Positions 6,961 through 15,818 of a DNA stretch of 28,859 nt are shown piece after piece. The notes under the pieces were generated by a model. That model did not search any database. It saw nothing but the letters and a program-made list of their open reading frames with translations, and had not been told where the DNA came from. This stretch comes from a virus. Its lineage: Duplodnaviria > Caudoviricetes. The position numbers and the translations under genes were made by a program. Where the stretch lies: the IMG/VR virus record IMGVR_UViG_3300028293_000022, positions 1 to 28,859 of that record. One strand, given 5' to 3'. Within the stretch, counting starts at the first letter, position 1, and every line of letters starts with the position of its first letter.

Positions 6961-7048
6961 AATACCATATGTTATCCAGTTTGTAGAACGGGAAGTTTTA
7001 GAGACAGAGTATCAGGATAAAGTAATTTATGTACACATTTGGATTTGA
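6914..7048 (+). CDS. possible 44-aa protein (not in the ORF track)
   Basis: Hand-translated MPTILTQLRKLQKQIKIPYVIQFVEREVLETEYQDKVIYVHIWI; GGGGA upstream of GTG; fills the gap. Confidence 0.45.
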   Translation: MPTILTQLRKLQKQIKIPYVIQFVEREVLETEYQDKVIYVHIWI

Positions 7049-7063
7049 TAGGAGATCAAACGA

Positions 7064-7354
7064 ATGAGTAAATTATCTACTTGGTTGCACAGAACCGAGA
7101 AAAAAATATCAAAGGCCATTCCACACCAACATTCGGCTGAAAGACGTGCTGCGAATCAGGCGGTTGCCGAACAGATTCAATATTATCAAGACGCAAAAAA
7201 AGAAATGACAGAAGAAAAAAAACGCGTTGAAGGTGAGCGCGAGCGCGAGGAAGACAAAATCGGCAAGAAGAAAATTCGCGCCGCACGTCGGGCTTATCGT
7301 GCACCGGGCTTTATGGAAGAAGCAAATCCAGCATTAAGTGATACATTGGGTTAA
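7064..7354 (+). CDS. small virion-associated protein upstream of portal
   Basis: AGGAG RBS; charged coiled coil; ends SDTLG; position like T7 gp6.7/7.3. Confidence 0.6.
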   Translation: MSKLSTWLHRTEKKISKAIPHQHSAERRAANQAVAEQIQYYQDAKKEMTEEKKRVEGEREREEDKIGKKKIRAARRAYRAPGFMEEANPALSDTLG

Positions 7355-7372
7355 TCAGGGCAGGGAAAGGTT

Positions 7373-7630
7373 ATGGCACTACTCACAAGTACTTTGATTG
7401 GAAAAAATCCTTTATCTCAAATGAAACCTATGGCAAATAATAATAATCTGCCAGCTCTTGGTGAAAATACGTCTGTACCGAATATTGTTTACAATCCCAC
7501 TCAGCGTACTGACAATCAGATGAAAACCACGAAACAGATATTGAATTATACAGCAGCAAAATCCATGGCTGAGCAGGGACGAACGGATATGCGCGGCAGC
7601 ATGGTAGGATATTCCGATACACTGGGTTAA
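7373..7630 (+). CDS. small virion-associated protein upstream of portal
   Basis: Ends SDTLG like its neighbour; immediately before the portal gene. Confidence 0.6.
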   Translation: MALLTSTLIGKNPLSQMKPMANNNNLPALGENTSVPNIVYNPTQRTDNQMKTTKQILNYTAAKSMAEQGRTDMRGSMVGYSDTLG

Positions 7631-7641
7631 AAGGGAATTAA

Positions 7642-9246
7642 ATGAAAATTGAGGACATGGTAGACGAATTTCTGGTTCCTCAGAAACTTTGGGATATGTT
7701 CAAAAAGAGAAGGGACAATGCCCAGACTGTAGCATGGCTGTGGGCGGCTCTCCATGAGGCTTGCTATTATTACGCTGTCCCAAACAGAAACAGATTCTAT
7801 CGTCCGAAAGAGCAACAGGGAGAATTCAAGGCAACACGTATCTATGATACGACAGCCGTTGAAGCCACAAAAACATTTGTTTCAAAACTTCACGATGCAA
7901 TGACACCTCCGCAGGTTCAATGGGGTTATCTTGATATCGATGAGTCTTTTGACAGCGAGGAAGACATAGACCAGAATGCAGCGCAGGAAATGCTTGATAA
8001 TTATATGCGCCGGCTATTTGAATATATTCATGAGTCAAATTTTGATGTAGTCATAAACGAATGCTATTTTGATTTGGCAATAGGAACAAGCTGCTTAGTG
8101 ATAAACGGATTTACCGACAAGCAGCCATTATTATTCTCATCTGTACCAATGGACAAGCTTGCAATTGAAGAAGCTATGACGGGGCGTGTTGAATCCTGGT
8201 ACAGATATTGGGAAAATGTAAAGATTAATGAAATACAAATACGCTGGAAAAATGCAATCCTCACGCCTGAAATGATGATGATGCTCGTTGATAATCCGGA
8301 TGCTGTAACTCAAATGCTTTACGAGGGCGTGATGTATATGCCTCATAGAAAAAAACCCTATCTGTATATGGTAGGAACACTGGATACGCCAATTCTATGC
8401 GAGGAATATGAATCAAATCCCGGGATTGTCTGGCGATTCCAGAAAATAAATTCAGAAGTGTTTGGACGCGGGCCGGTTATGGACGCGCTTCCATCCATTA
8501 TTTCTTTGAATGAATTGGCAAGAATAGAATTAGCTTCAGCCAATTTAAACGTATTTAAACCATACATGGGATTTTCAGATGCCGTCTTTAATCCTCATAC
8601 TTTTAAGCTTGAGCCTTTTACAGTCATACCAATCGCCCCTATTGGCACTGGGGGCAGCCCTCCTCTCATACCTTTGCCTGATAGTTCAAATCCGCAATTC
8701 GCCCAGCTTACAATTCAGGATTTGCGGATTCAGATTAAAACGCTTTTGTTCAACGATGTTAATCCAAATGAAAGTGTGCAACCAGAAACCGCCGCCGCTG
8801 TAATGATTCAGCAGCAAAATTTGGCACAAAGAATCGGGCCTTTATTCTCGCGATTACAGCAAGAATTTTTGGAGCCAGTGATAGCACGATGTTCTTACAT
8901 TCTGGATAAAATGGGAATTTTGCCAAAGCCAGAGATGAAAGGAATTAAGGTTAATTTCAGATATCGTTCACCCTTGGCGTTAACAAAAGCACAGCAGGAT
9001 ATATCTCGCTTTACTCAATATTACCAATTGATGCAGGGTATCTTTGGCCCGGGGCCAGCCTTGATGTTTATCAATCCCGGATTGGCCCCGTACCTTATAG
9101 CAGAACAAATGCAAGTCGATCCTCGTTATTTGAATTCACCGCAAGAAGTACAGTCAGCTTCGCAGGATGCTCAAAATATGCAGGATGATGCTATGAGTGC
9201 AGCGCAAGAAGGACAACAATCACCACAAGGACAAGCTTTACAATGA
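7642..9246 (+). CDS. portal protein (T7 gp8-like head-tail connector)
   Basis: 534 aa; IYDTTAVEA, DLAIGTSC, VWRF....EVFGRGP.MDALP, ETAAAV, IGPLFSRLQQEFLEP, YRSPLA and a Q-rich tail. Confidence 0.92.
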   Translation: MKIEDMVDEFLVPQKLWDMFKKRRDNAQTVAWLWAALHEACYYYAVPNRNRFYRPKEQQGEFKATRIYDTTAVEATKTFVSKLHDAMTPPQVQWGYLDIDESFDSEEDIDQNAAQEMLDNYMRRLFEYIHESNFDVVINECYFDLAIGTSCLVINGFTDKQPLLFSSVPMDKLAIEEAMTGRVESWYRYWENVKINEIQIRWKNAILTPEMMMMLVDNPDAVTQMLYEGVMYMPHRKKPYLYMVGTLDTPILCEEYESNPGIVWRFQKINSEVFGRGPVMDALPSIISLNELARIELASANLNVFKPYMGFSDAVFNPHTFKLEPFTVIPIAPIGTGGSPPLIPLPDSSNPQFAQLTIQDLRIQIKTLLFNDVNPNESVQPETAAAVMIQQQNLAQRIGPLFSRLQQEFLEPVIARCSYILDKMGILPKPEMKGIKVNFRYRSPLALTKAQQDISRFTQYYQLMQGIFGPGPALMFINPGLAPYLIAEQMQVDPRYLNSPQEVQSASQDAQNMQDDAMSAAQEGQQSPQGQALQ

Positions 9247-9563
9247 GAGAAGAAGAAAACCCATATCTACAGCAGGAAAATTATTTTGAAGGCTATCAGA
9301 AAAAAATTGAAGAACTTAAGCAACGGCCTGATATTGTTGAGCTTGATAAGCTTTGTTATCTGGTATTCGCGACGGAAGACGGCAAAAAATTGCTTGAAGT
9401 GTTTGTCGAGCGATACCTGTTGCCTGGATTCGTTAATCCTGGAGGCGAAAATCCCGGGATGGCAGCATTGTATTATGAAGGATTCAAAGAGGGTTTCAGA
9501 TTGATTCGAGGGAGTATCAAGGCCCATGAACAACGTATTGAAGCGGAGAAAAAATCAACATGA
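9243..9563 (+). CDS. conserved small protein between portal and scaffold (Bbp19-like)
   Basis: VFATEDGKKLL...YYEG pattern and position; ATGA overlaps on both sides. Confidence 0.6.
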   Translation: MREEENPYLQQENYFEGYQKKIEELKQRPDIVELDKLCYLVFATEDGKKLLEVFVERYLLPGFVNPGGENPGMAALYYEGFKEGFRLIRGSIKAHEQRIEAEKKST

Positions 9564-10267
9564 GTTTATTAGATGAAGGCACTACAACCACACCAGATTC
9601 AACTGATGAAAATCCGGGAGAAACTACAAACAATGAAGGAGCAGCATGGCACTGGGATGACAACACACCCGGACAGGGAGACAGACCAGAATGGTTGCAA
9701 CCAAAATTCAAATCAGTTGCGGAAGCCGCGAAAAGCTTCAATGAGCTAGAGAAGCTCAAAGGTTCAGCTCCACAGGAATATGACTTATCAAAGGGAGAGG
9801 CATGGATTGAACCGGCCTATGAACCTTTTCAGGAAATGCTGGACTTAGCCAAAAGCAAACATGTGCCTCAAGAGGTAATGGATAAAATTCTCGATAGTGT
9901 CGGTTCCTATCTTGATGAATTCAAAACTGACATGGCAGAAGAAAAAACCAAGCTTGGAGAGAAAGCTACAGAGCGTTTACAGATATTAAACAATTGGGCA
10001 AAATCAAACCTTTCACAAAAGGCTTACAATGCGTTGACAACGGGCATGAGAACTGCCGAACAAATTGAAGCTTTAGAAGAAATACGTAGCAAAATGCTAT
10101 CAAATAATACGATGGTTCCGGGAGCAAATAACAGCGTTGCCTCTGGGAACATGACGATTGAAGAATATCGTTCGGAATTGAATGCCAATTATACCAAATT
10201 TAAAACAGATCCGGCTTATCGGAAAGAGATGAACCGAAAACTGGAATCAATTGTGGGAAGTAATTAA
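9560..10267 (+). CDS. capsid scaffolding protein
   Basis: Acidic disordered N-terminus, RPEWL.PKFKS...AKSF.ELEK, helical body, DPAYRK C-terminus; precedes the capsid gene. Confidence 0.85.
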   Translation: MSLLDEGTTTTPDSTDENPGETTNNEGAAWHWDDNTPGQGDRPEWLQPKFKSVAEAAKSFNELEKLKGSAPQEYDLSKGEAWIEPAYEPFQEMLDLAKSKHVPQEVMDKILDSVGSYLDEFKTDMAEEKTKLGEKATERLQILNNWAKSNLSQKAYNALTTGMRTAEQIEALEEIRSKMLSNNTMVPGANNSVASGNMTIEEYRSELNANYTKFKTDPAYRKEMNRKLESIVGSN

Positions 10268-10285
10268 TCTATCATGAGGATGGGC

Positions 10286-10314
10286 TTTACATATTCAATA
10301 TTGTTGATTATATT
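10286..10314 (+). promoter_or_regulatory. sigma70-type promoter for the capsid gene
   Basis: TTTACA (10286-91), 17-nt spacer, TATATT (10309-14). Confidence 0.6.
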
Positions 10315-10329
10315 AGAGTCAATACGAAC

Positions 10330-10431
10330 AGGACAACTTTCACAAAGGCCCGAGAGGATAACCTTACAAATGTGATAGCCCTTAAACGTAATTGAGTCGT
10401 TTTGCCGATATCGGTAAGGCGTTATTAATTA
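10330..10431 (+). ncRNA. candidate structured cis-regulatory leader RNA of the capsid mRNA
   Basis: Nested stems with two C/AYAA internal loops and a GAGA tetraloop (10330-10382), then a long hairpin (10389-10431) ending just before the RBS. Confidence 0.55.
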
Positions 10432-10447
10432 TTTGAGAGGGATTATC

Positions 10448-11278
10448 ATGTCATTGTCACTTACTGCCGTCCAACAAACAGATTTCGATGAATTGGTAAA
10501 AGCAGAATACCGTTCCAAGGGTTTTTTACTGCGCGATTCAGTTCGATTAAAAAATGATGTTATTGGTGCCTACGAACAGTTTCGCAAGGTTGACCAAGTA
10601 ATATCCGTACCAACAGCCTATTTGGCCGCTGTAACAATTCAGGATCCAGATTACACCAAAGTCACTTGTACAATTCAAAAGTATACGACCCCAACAGCTG
10701 TCGATACTGTGCAAGAGCTAACTGTAAACTTTGATGCCAAGATGGAAAATGCCATGCTTGTCGGACAAGGCATGGGTCGACGTTCGGATCAGATAATCAT
10801 TGATGCTTTAGCCGCGGGTCCCGGCACTACCATTGTTGATGGTGGAACAAACTTTAACTATCTGAAATTCACAGAAGTTTATGAAAACTTCGAGAATAAC
10901 GCCGTACCTAAAGGTGAACGATGGATTGCTCTAAGTGCATCCAACATTCGATCCTTGATGCAGGATGACCAATTCGTATCAACCTTCTATACAGAAAACA
11001 GAATGCTGGATAGAGGTTGGGTACTTGATTATTTGGGTATTAATCTCGTAACCATTCCGCAGATGACTGAAGGCGGATTACCACAAACTGGCAATATTCA
11101 AACGGCTCTTGCATGGCACAAGATGTCAACTGGTATGGCTATTGGGCATGATTTCAGAACTGAAATTAACTATATCCCCTTAAATACATCCTGGCTTGTA
11201 AACGGAATTTTCTCGGCAGGTGCGGTCGTTATTGATCCACGAGGTGTGATAGCAATCAACAATGACGTATCTGTCTAA
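10448..11278 (+). CDS. major capsid protein (podovirus type)
   Basis: GAGAGG RBS then ATG 10448; FDELVKAEY, GMGRRSDQIIIDAL, N.VP..ER, YLGINLV and GAVVID.RGV motifs. Confidence 0.9.
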   Translation: MSLSLTAVQQTDFDELVKAEYRSKGFLLRDSVRLKNDVIGAYEQFRKVDQVISVPTAYLAAVTIQDPDYTKVTCTIQKYTTPTAVDTVQELTVNFDAKMENAMLVGQGMGRRSDQIIIDALAAGPGTTIVDGGTNFNYLKFTEVYENFENNAVPKGERWIALSASNIRSLMQDDQFVSTFYTENRMLDRGWVLDYLGINLVTIPQMTEGGLPQTGNIQTALAWHKMSTGMAIGHDFRTEINYIPLNTSWLVNGIFSAGAVVIDPRGVIAINNDVSV

Positions 11279-11295
11279 TTTAAGGAGAATTTAAA

Positions 11296-12129
11296 ATGGC
11301 ATTTGAACCTTTACGTTTTGTACGAACTACACTGGCCTTTAACTCTGGACAGATTAGTACAACTTTTAACCCAAACACACCTACCGTTATTGAAGGTGGC
11401 CCAGCAATTTTCACTTATGCGTCAGCAGATGACGCCATAGCGACAATTGGTGGTGCAAATTACTTCGCAGCTGTCTGCTATATGCTTGCTGTGAACGACC
11501 TGATTTTCTGTACAGGTTCCGATTCTTCTGTAATCTATCAGGTTGCAACTGTTGACAGGGATGCAGGCACAATTACAGTTGTATCCTATACAGCAGCCGG
11601 TACCGTGGGGACAGCCAATATTACCAACTTGGCAGTTACAACGGCGAAATTGGCTGACTTGAACGTGACAACAGGCAAGTTAGCAGATGCCGCTGTGACT
11701 TCAGCCAAAGTTAGTCCCCTGTTGATTCAATACACAACGGTGGCCATAACTGCGGCCCAGTTCAATGGCATGTATGCAGCTCCAAAATTGTTGGTAGCCG
11801 CAGCAGGGGCTAATACGTTAATTGTACCCATTCAAGTGCAATTACTCATGACCTATGTTTCTGCCAACTATGCCGCTGGTGGCGTGGCAGCAGTTCAATG
11901 GGATAGCACAGCAAATGGCGCGGGTGTAATCGCATCTACAACCCTGTCAGCCGCCACATTCCAGGCAGCAGCAAGTACCGGGTTTGTATTTAACCCTGGT
12001 GTAGTTCCAGAGACATTTACCACGACCGTCAACAAGGGACTGTATCTCAGTAATATATCTGGCGCGTTTACCACCGGGGATTCAACCTTCGTGGCTCATG
12101 TTTGGTATCGTGTAATACCAACTGTGTAA
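11296..12129 (+). CDS. capsid decoration / head-fibre-like structural protein
   Basis: AAGGAG RBS; Ala/Thr-rich; YASADDAIATI...NYF N-terminal domain; 10-aa VT.AKLAD repeats. Confidence 0.6.
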   Translation: MAFEPLRFVRTTLAFNSGQISTTFNPNTPTVIEGGPAIFTYASADDAIATIGGANYFAAVCYMLAVNDLIFCTGSDSSVIYQVATVDRDAGTITVVSYTAAGTVGTANITNLAVTTAKLADLNVTTGKLADAAVTSAKVSPLLIQYTTVAITAAQFNGMYAAPKLLVAAAGANTLIVPIQVQLLMTYVSANYAAGGVAAVQWDSTANGAGVIASTTLSAATFQAAASTGFVFNPGVVPETFTTTVNKGLYLSNISGAFTTGDSTFVAHVWYRVIPTV

Positions 12130-12138
12130 GGATGCACA

Positions 12139-12729
12139 ATGGCCGAGACAAAGGAATCGATAGTAAGTAATGCAATCACTTTGCTCGGCCATGCTCCAAT
12201 TTTAAGTTTTGAAGGCGGGGATCAAATGGTTGTGGCAGCGGAGCAAGCCTTCGATCTGCTATATCCATCCGTGTTAGCTGAGAACAACTGGCGATTCGCA
12301 GCTCAAATTCAGCAATTGTCTGCATCAATTGAAGTACCACCAAATCCTTGGAAAACAATTTATTTACTGCCAGCTGGATGGCTTAAAACTATTCAGGTTT
12401 ATCCGTTAATTTATGTCTGGGATATTTATGAGAATTCTAAAATATATGCTCAATTTCAGGGTGAGTTCTGGATGGAATACATTTTTCAACCTGATATTAG
12501 CAAGTTACCTTCTCATTTTGTTAAGTATTTTGTTTATGAAATTGCTGCATATCTTGCCTTAAGCAGTGCACAAAGACCTGACTTCTATGCTCCATTGGAA
12601 GCAAAGCGAATTGCATCCTATGCAATGTGTGCCGCTGTTGAAGCACAGAATAGACCGCAGTTTACGCAAGCAGTATTCCCGGTACTGAATCAGCGCAATA
12701 GAGGTACGATTATCGGTAATCAGATATGA
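12139..12729 (+). CDS. tail tubular protein A / adaptor (T7 gp11-like)
   Basis: IVSNAITLLG..PI.SF, WRFA, YLLP, LPSHF...F.Y.IA..LA; size and position. Confidence 0.85.
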   Translation: MAETKESIVSNAITLLGHAPILSFEGGDQMVVAAEQAFDLLYPSVLAENNWRFAAQIQQLSASIEVPPNPWKTIYLLPAGWLKTIQVYPLIYVWDIYENSKIYAQFQGEFWMEYIFQPDISKLPSHFVKYFVYEIAAYLALSSAQRPDFYAPLEAKRIASYAMCAAVEAQNRPQFTQAVFPVLNQRNRGTIIGNQI

Positions 12730-15275
12730 CGCAAATTTTATGGTCACAGGATTATTTCGCCAAAGGGGAACTTTCCCCGCTTATGTATGCTCGCATTACA
12801 TTGCAAGGATATTATCAGGGATTAAAGCGCGCAAAAAATGTTATATGCTATCCTCAAGGCGCAGCAGGTAAAAGATTTGGAACAATATTCCAATATCAAC
12901 TGGATTCATCCTTAACCAATTATCAGCAGATTTATTTCAAATCGTTCCAGTATCTGAATGAATGTTGTTATGTGTTATTTTTTTATAATAATAGCATAAT
13001 AATTTTGCTAGAGGGACAGGTTCAAGCTACCGTTACTGGTACTGGAATCATGGCTGATGAAGTGGCTTTAATAGATTTTACAGTCATAGATAATTTATTC
13101 CGAGTAACAACCGGAATTTTTCAACCTAAAGAATTAAAGAGAGCAGCAAATTCCTCGGAAGCTGTCACGGCCTTTGGATCCAATACATTAACAACTGGGA
13201 CTACCCATACCGCAGCCACATGGTTTCCAGCCAGATTTACAGCTGTGGCTATGCCCACAACTTCTCCCCAAATTCATGCCAATAGAACCTACTTTATACG
13301 ATTCATAACTGCTACTACCTACAAAATTTATAATACAGCTCAAGATGCGGCTGCGGATGTCAATTCATTTACTATAAGTAGCGCAGGCACTACAGCATTT
13401 CTTATAATTCAAAACACATGGTCTTTTAATAATGTGGCTTTTAGTTTCTTGCCTAAATTCGATTTTGCCGGGGGCTATGACTCTATTACTTTTACACCCG
13501 GAGCCACAACTGGATATGGGATCACAATTACCTTAAGCGGTATATTAACTGCCCCAGCAACCCTTGATAGCAAATATGTCGGCGGCACTTTTGAGGCACC
13601 AATAGGTTTAGCCAGGATTATCTCAGTTACTGATACAACGCATTTTGTCGTAAACATTGTTCAGGATTTTAAAAATACTACACCTGTACCCGGTAACCTT
13701 TGCCTCCTGACAGAACCTGCATGGTCTGATTTAAGAGGGTGGCCCAGAAAATGCTCATCCTTCCAGAATCGAGCTTTCTTTGCGAATACTGATTCTTTAC
13801 CAAATGGTCTTTGGGGTTCATTCACAAACGAATATAACAACTTCAACGATCTCGAAGATCAAACCGATGATGATGCAGCCATAAGCTGGTTCCCGACCTC
13901 TGACACAGTAAACTATATCCAGTTCATTGTTCCATACAGAAGCTTGACCATTCATACAAATTCAGGCGTTTATTCAACCCCATTGTCTGTTGAAACAGCC
14001 ATAACTCCGAATAATTTTTCATTAGCCCTTCAGGATTCTACGCCAGCAGACGAAGTACAGCCACAAGGAATTGATAACCAGATAATTGTTCTCTCTGGTA
14101 ATGATGCGCATAGTCTTCTTTGGGACGGTTTTAATAATGCGTACACATCAAACATCATATCAATAGCAAATGAGCAATTAATCAGAACGCCAATTGACGA
14201 AGCTCCTTACACCGACAGAGTGCGAGCAGGTTCGAGATATATGTTCATCGTAAATGACGATGGCACCATGGCGATTTATCAATCTCTTATTGGTGAAAAT
14301 GTTTCAGGATTCACAGAAGTTGAAATGGAGCAAACCTATGGAAATGCCTATTTCAGAGCGGTTTGTTCAAACTTCGATGGACGAGCCTGGTTCCTGATAG
14401 AAAGACAACTTGCCATAGCAGCAAGCCCTGTCGCCTTAACGGGGAACAATACTGATACATTCACAGCAGTAGCATCCAATCTTTCCACATCGACATTTAC
14501 AGCAGTTTTGTTTACAACAACTGGCGTTTTACCCGTTACATCTCCTCAAATTGAATTGCTTACATTCTACTGGGCTGTTGGTGTGGATGCCGATCACTTC
14601 AAAGTTTATTTGTCCCAAGCCGATGCCTTAGCCGCCGTTAATGCGATTCAGATTACAAATTTTGGCACCACAAGCTCAGTGGTTGCTTATCCTCTTTCTA
14701 CTCGACTCATGATAGAACAATTGAGCTTTGATTCTGAAATGGATTGTGAGGGATTATATCCAACACCTTTGGTAAGTGGCGCGACCAGTGCTATCTCTGG
14801 CAATCCAAGATTCGATGCCCAAGGTATTTATATGCAGGGAGATGGCTTTGGTTTTAAAACAATAGGCGAAGGGGGAATAGTTAATTTTGATGCCCACGGT
14901 AGTGCAGTTCAAGTTTCCACAGCTCAATATGGCTTCCCGATTAATGTAGAAATCACACCTTTACCGATATCAATGTCCATGTCAGGAAATCCAAAAGGTA
15001 GCAATCTGGTAGATACCAAGCATCTTAAATGGGCAACCTTCCTTTTCGCTGATATCATTGGTGGTACAATAACCCAAGATAATCTCACTTTCCCGATTGT
15101 CTTGACCAATATTAATGAGGTTGAACCCGGTTTGCCACCAATACCACAAACAGGTTCTTTCCTGATATCAGTAATGGGCGCATGGGATGATTTTAATAAA
15201 AGTAGCTTTACAATAAATCATTCTGAGCCTTTTGGCATGAAGCTAACTGGTATTTTCTACAAGGTAGAGGCTTAA
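12726..15275 (+). CDS. tail tubular protein B / nozzle (T7 gp12-like)
   Basis: QDYFAKGELSP..YAR, NV...PQG...KRFGT, WS..RGWP....FQNR.FFA; 849 aa. Confidence 0.88.
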   Translation: MTQILWSQDYFAKGELSPLMYARITLQGYYQGLKRAKNVICYPQGAAGKRFGTIFQYQLDSSLTNYQQIYFKSFQYLNECCYVLFFYNNSIIILLEGQVQATVTGTGIMADEVALIDFTVIDNLFRVTTGIFQPKELKRAANSSEAVTAFGSNTLTTGTTHTAATWFPARFTAVAMPTTSPQIHANRTYFIRFITATTYKIYNTAQDAAADVNSFTISSAGTTAFLIIQNTWSFNNVAFSFLPKFDFAGGYDSITFTPGATTGYGITITLSGILTAPATLDSKYVGGTFEAPIGLARIISVTDTTHFVVNIVQDFKNTTPVPGNLCLLTEPAWSDLRGWPRKCSSFQNRAFFANTDSLPNGLWGSFTNEYNNFNDLEDQTDDDAAISWFPTSDTVNYIQFIVPYRSLTIHTNSGVYSTPLSVETAITPNNFSLALQDSTPADEVQPQGIDNQIIVLSGNDAHSLLWDGFNNAYTSNIISIANEQLIRTPIDEAPYTDRVRAGSRYMFIVNDDGTMAIYQSLIGENVSGFTEVEMEQTYGNAYFRAVCSNFDGRAWFLIERQLAIAASPVALTGNNTDTFTAVASNLSTSTFTAVLFTTTGVLPVTSPQIELLTFYWAVGVDADHFKVYLSQADALAAVNAIQITNFGTTSSVVAYPLSTRLMIEQLSFDSEMDCEGLYPTPLVSGATSAISGNPRFDAQGIYMQGDGFGFKTIGEGGIVNFDAHGSAVQVSTAQYGFPINVEITPLPISMSMSGNPKGSNLVDTKHLKWATFLFADIIGGTITQDNLTFPIVLTNINEVEPGLPPIPQTGSFLISVMGAWDDFNKSSFTINHSEPFGMKLTGIFYKVEA

Positions 15276-15290
15276 AAAGGAGTTTAAAGC

Positions 15291-15818
15291 ATGGATCCAA
15301 TGACAGCTTTTTTATTGTCAATGCAAGCCGCAGGATTGGTAACTTCTCTCTTTGGCGCGCGTAATCAGGAAAAATATATCCAGCTTGGCCGCAAACTAGA
15401 AAAAGAACAATACGCTGCAAATCTTGAAGCCATACGTCTCCAAAGTGCCGAATCTTCCCTTGATGAAATGAAACAGCTTCGCCAGAACATTGGAACCCAG
15501 ATTGTAAATCAGGCCGCAAAAGGAAATAGAGGCGGCTCCAGTTATGCCGGGATTGCCAAATCTTCAGAGAATTTCAACAAGGATGAGCGAGCCAGACGCA
15601 TGAACCTTTTGGCCAAAGAATCTGAATTAAGAGCCAATCATGTACTTTCAGGTCTACATACCCTCGAATCTGAATCAAGATTAGGCCAAAGTCTGACTTC
15701 TACATTCATAAACACATTACAGACTACATCTTTATTAAAACCTGAATGGACTAATCCAAAAAAATCAAAAGATACCAATAAATGGGTTAATGAAGAAAAC
15801 TTCAGTTGGGGATATTAA
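15291..15818 (+). CDS. internal virion/ejection protein (T7 gp14-like)
   Basis: MDPMT.. hydrophobic Ala/Gly N-terminus, Q/A-rich helices, position after the nozzle gene. Confidence 0.7.
   Translation: MDPMTAFLLSMQAAGLVTSLFGARNQEKYIQLGRKLEKEQYAANLEAIRLQSAESSLDEMKQLRQNIGTQIVNQAAKGNRGGSSYAGIAKSSENFNKDERARRMNLLAKESELRANHVLSGLHTLESESRLGQSLTSTFINTLQTTSLLKPEWTNPKKSKDTNKWVNEENFSWGY

Noticed and set aside
11260-11300. T7 10A/10B-type capsid frameshift or read-through into the next gene
   Set aside because: No evident slippery sequence, and the downstream gene has its own AAGGAG RBS and ATG.
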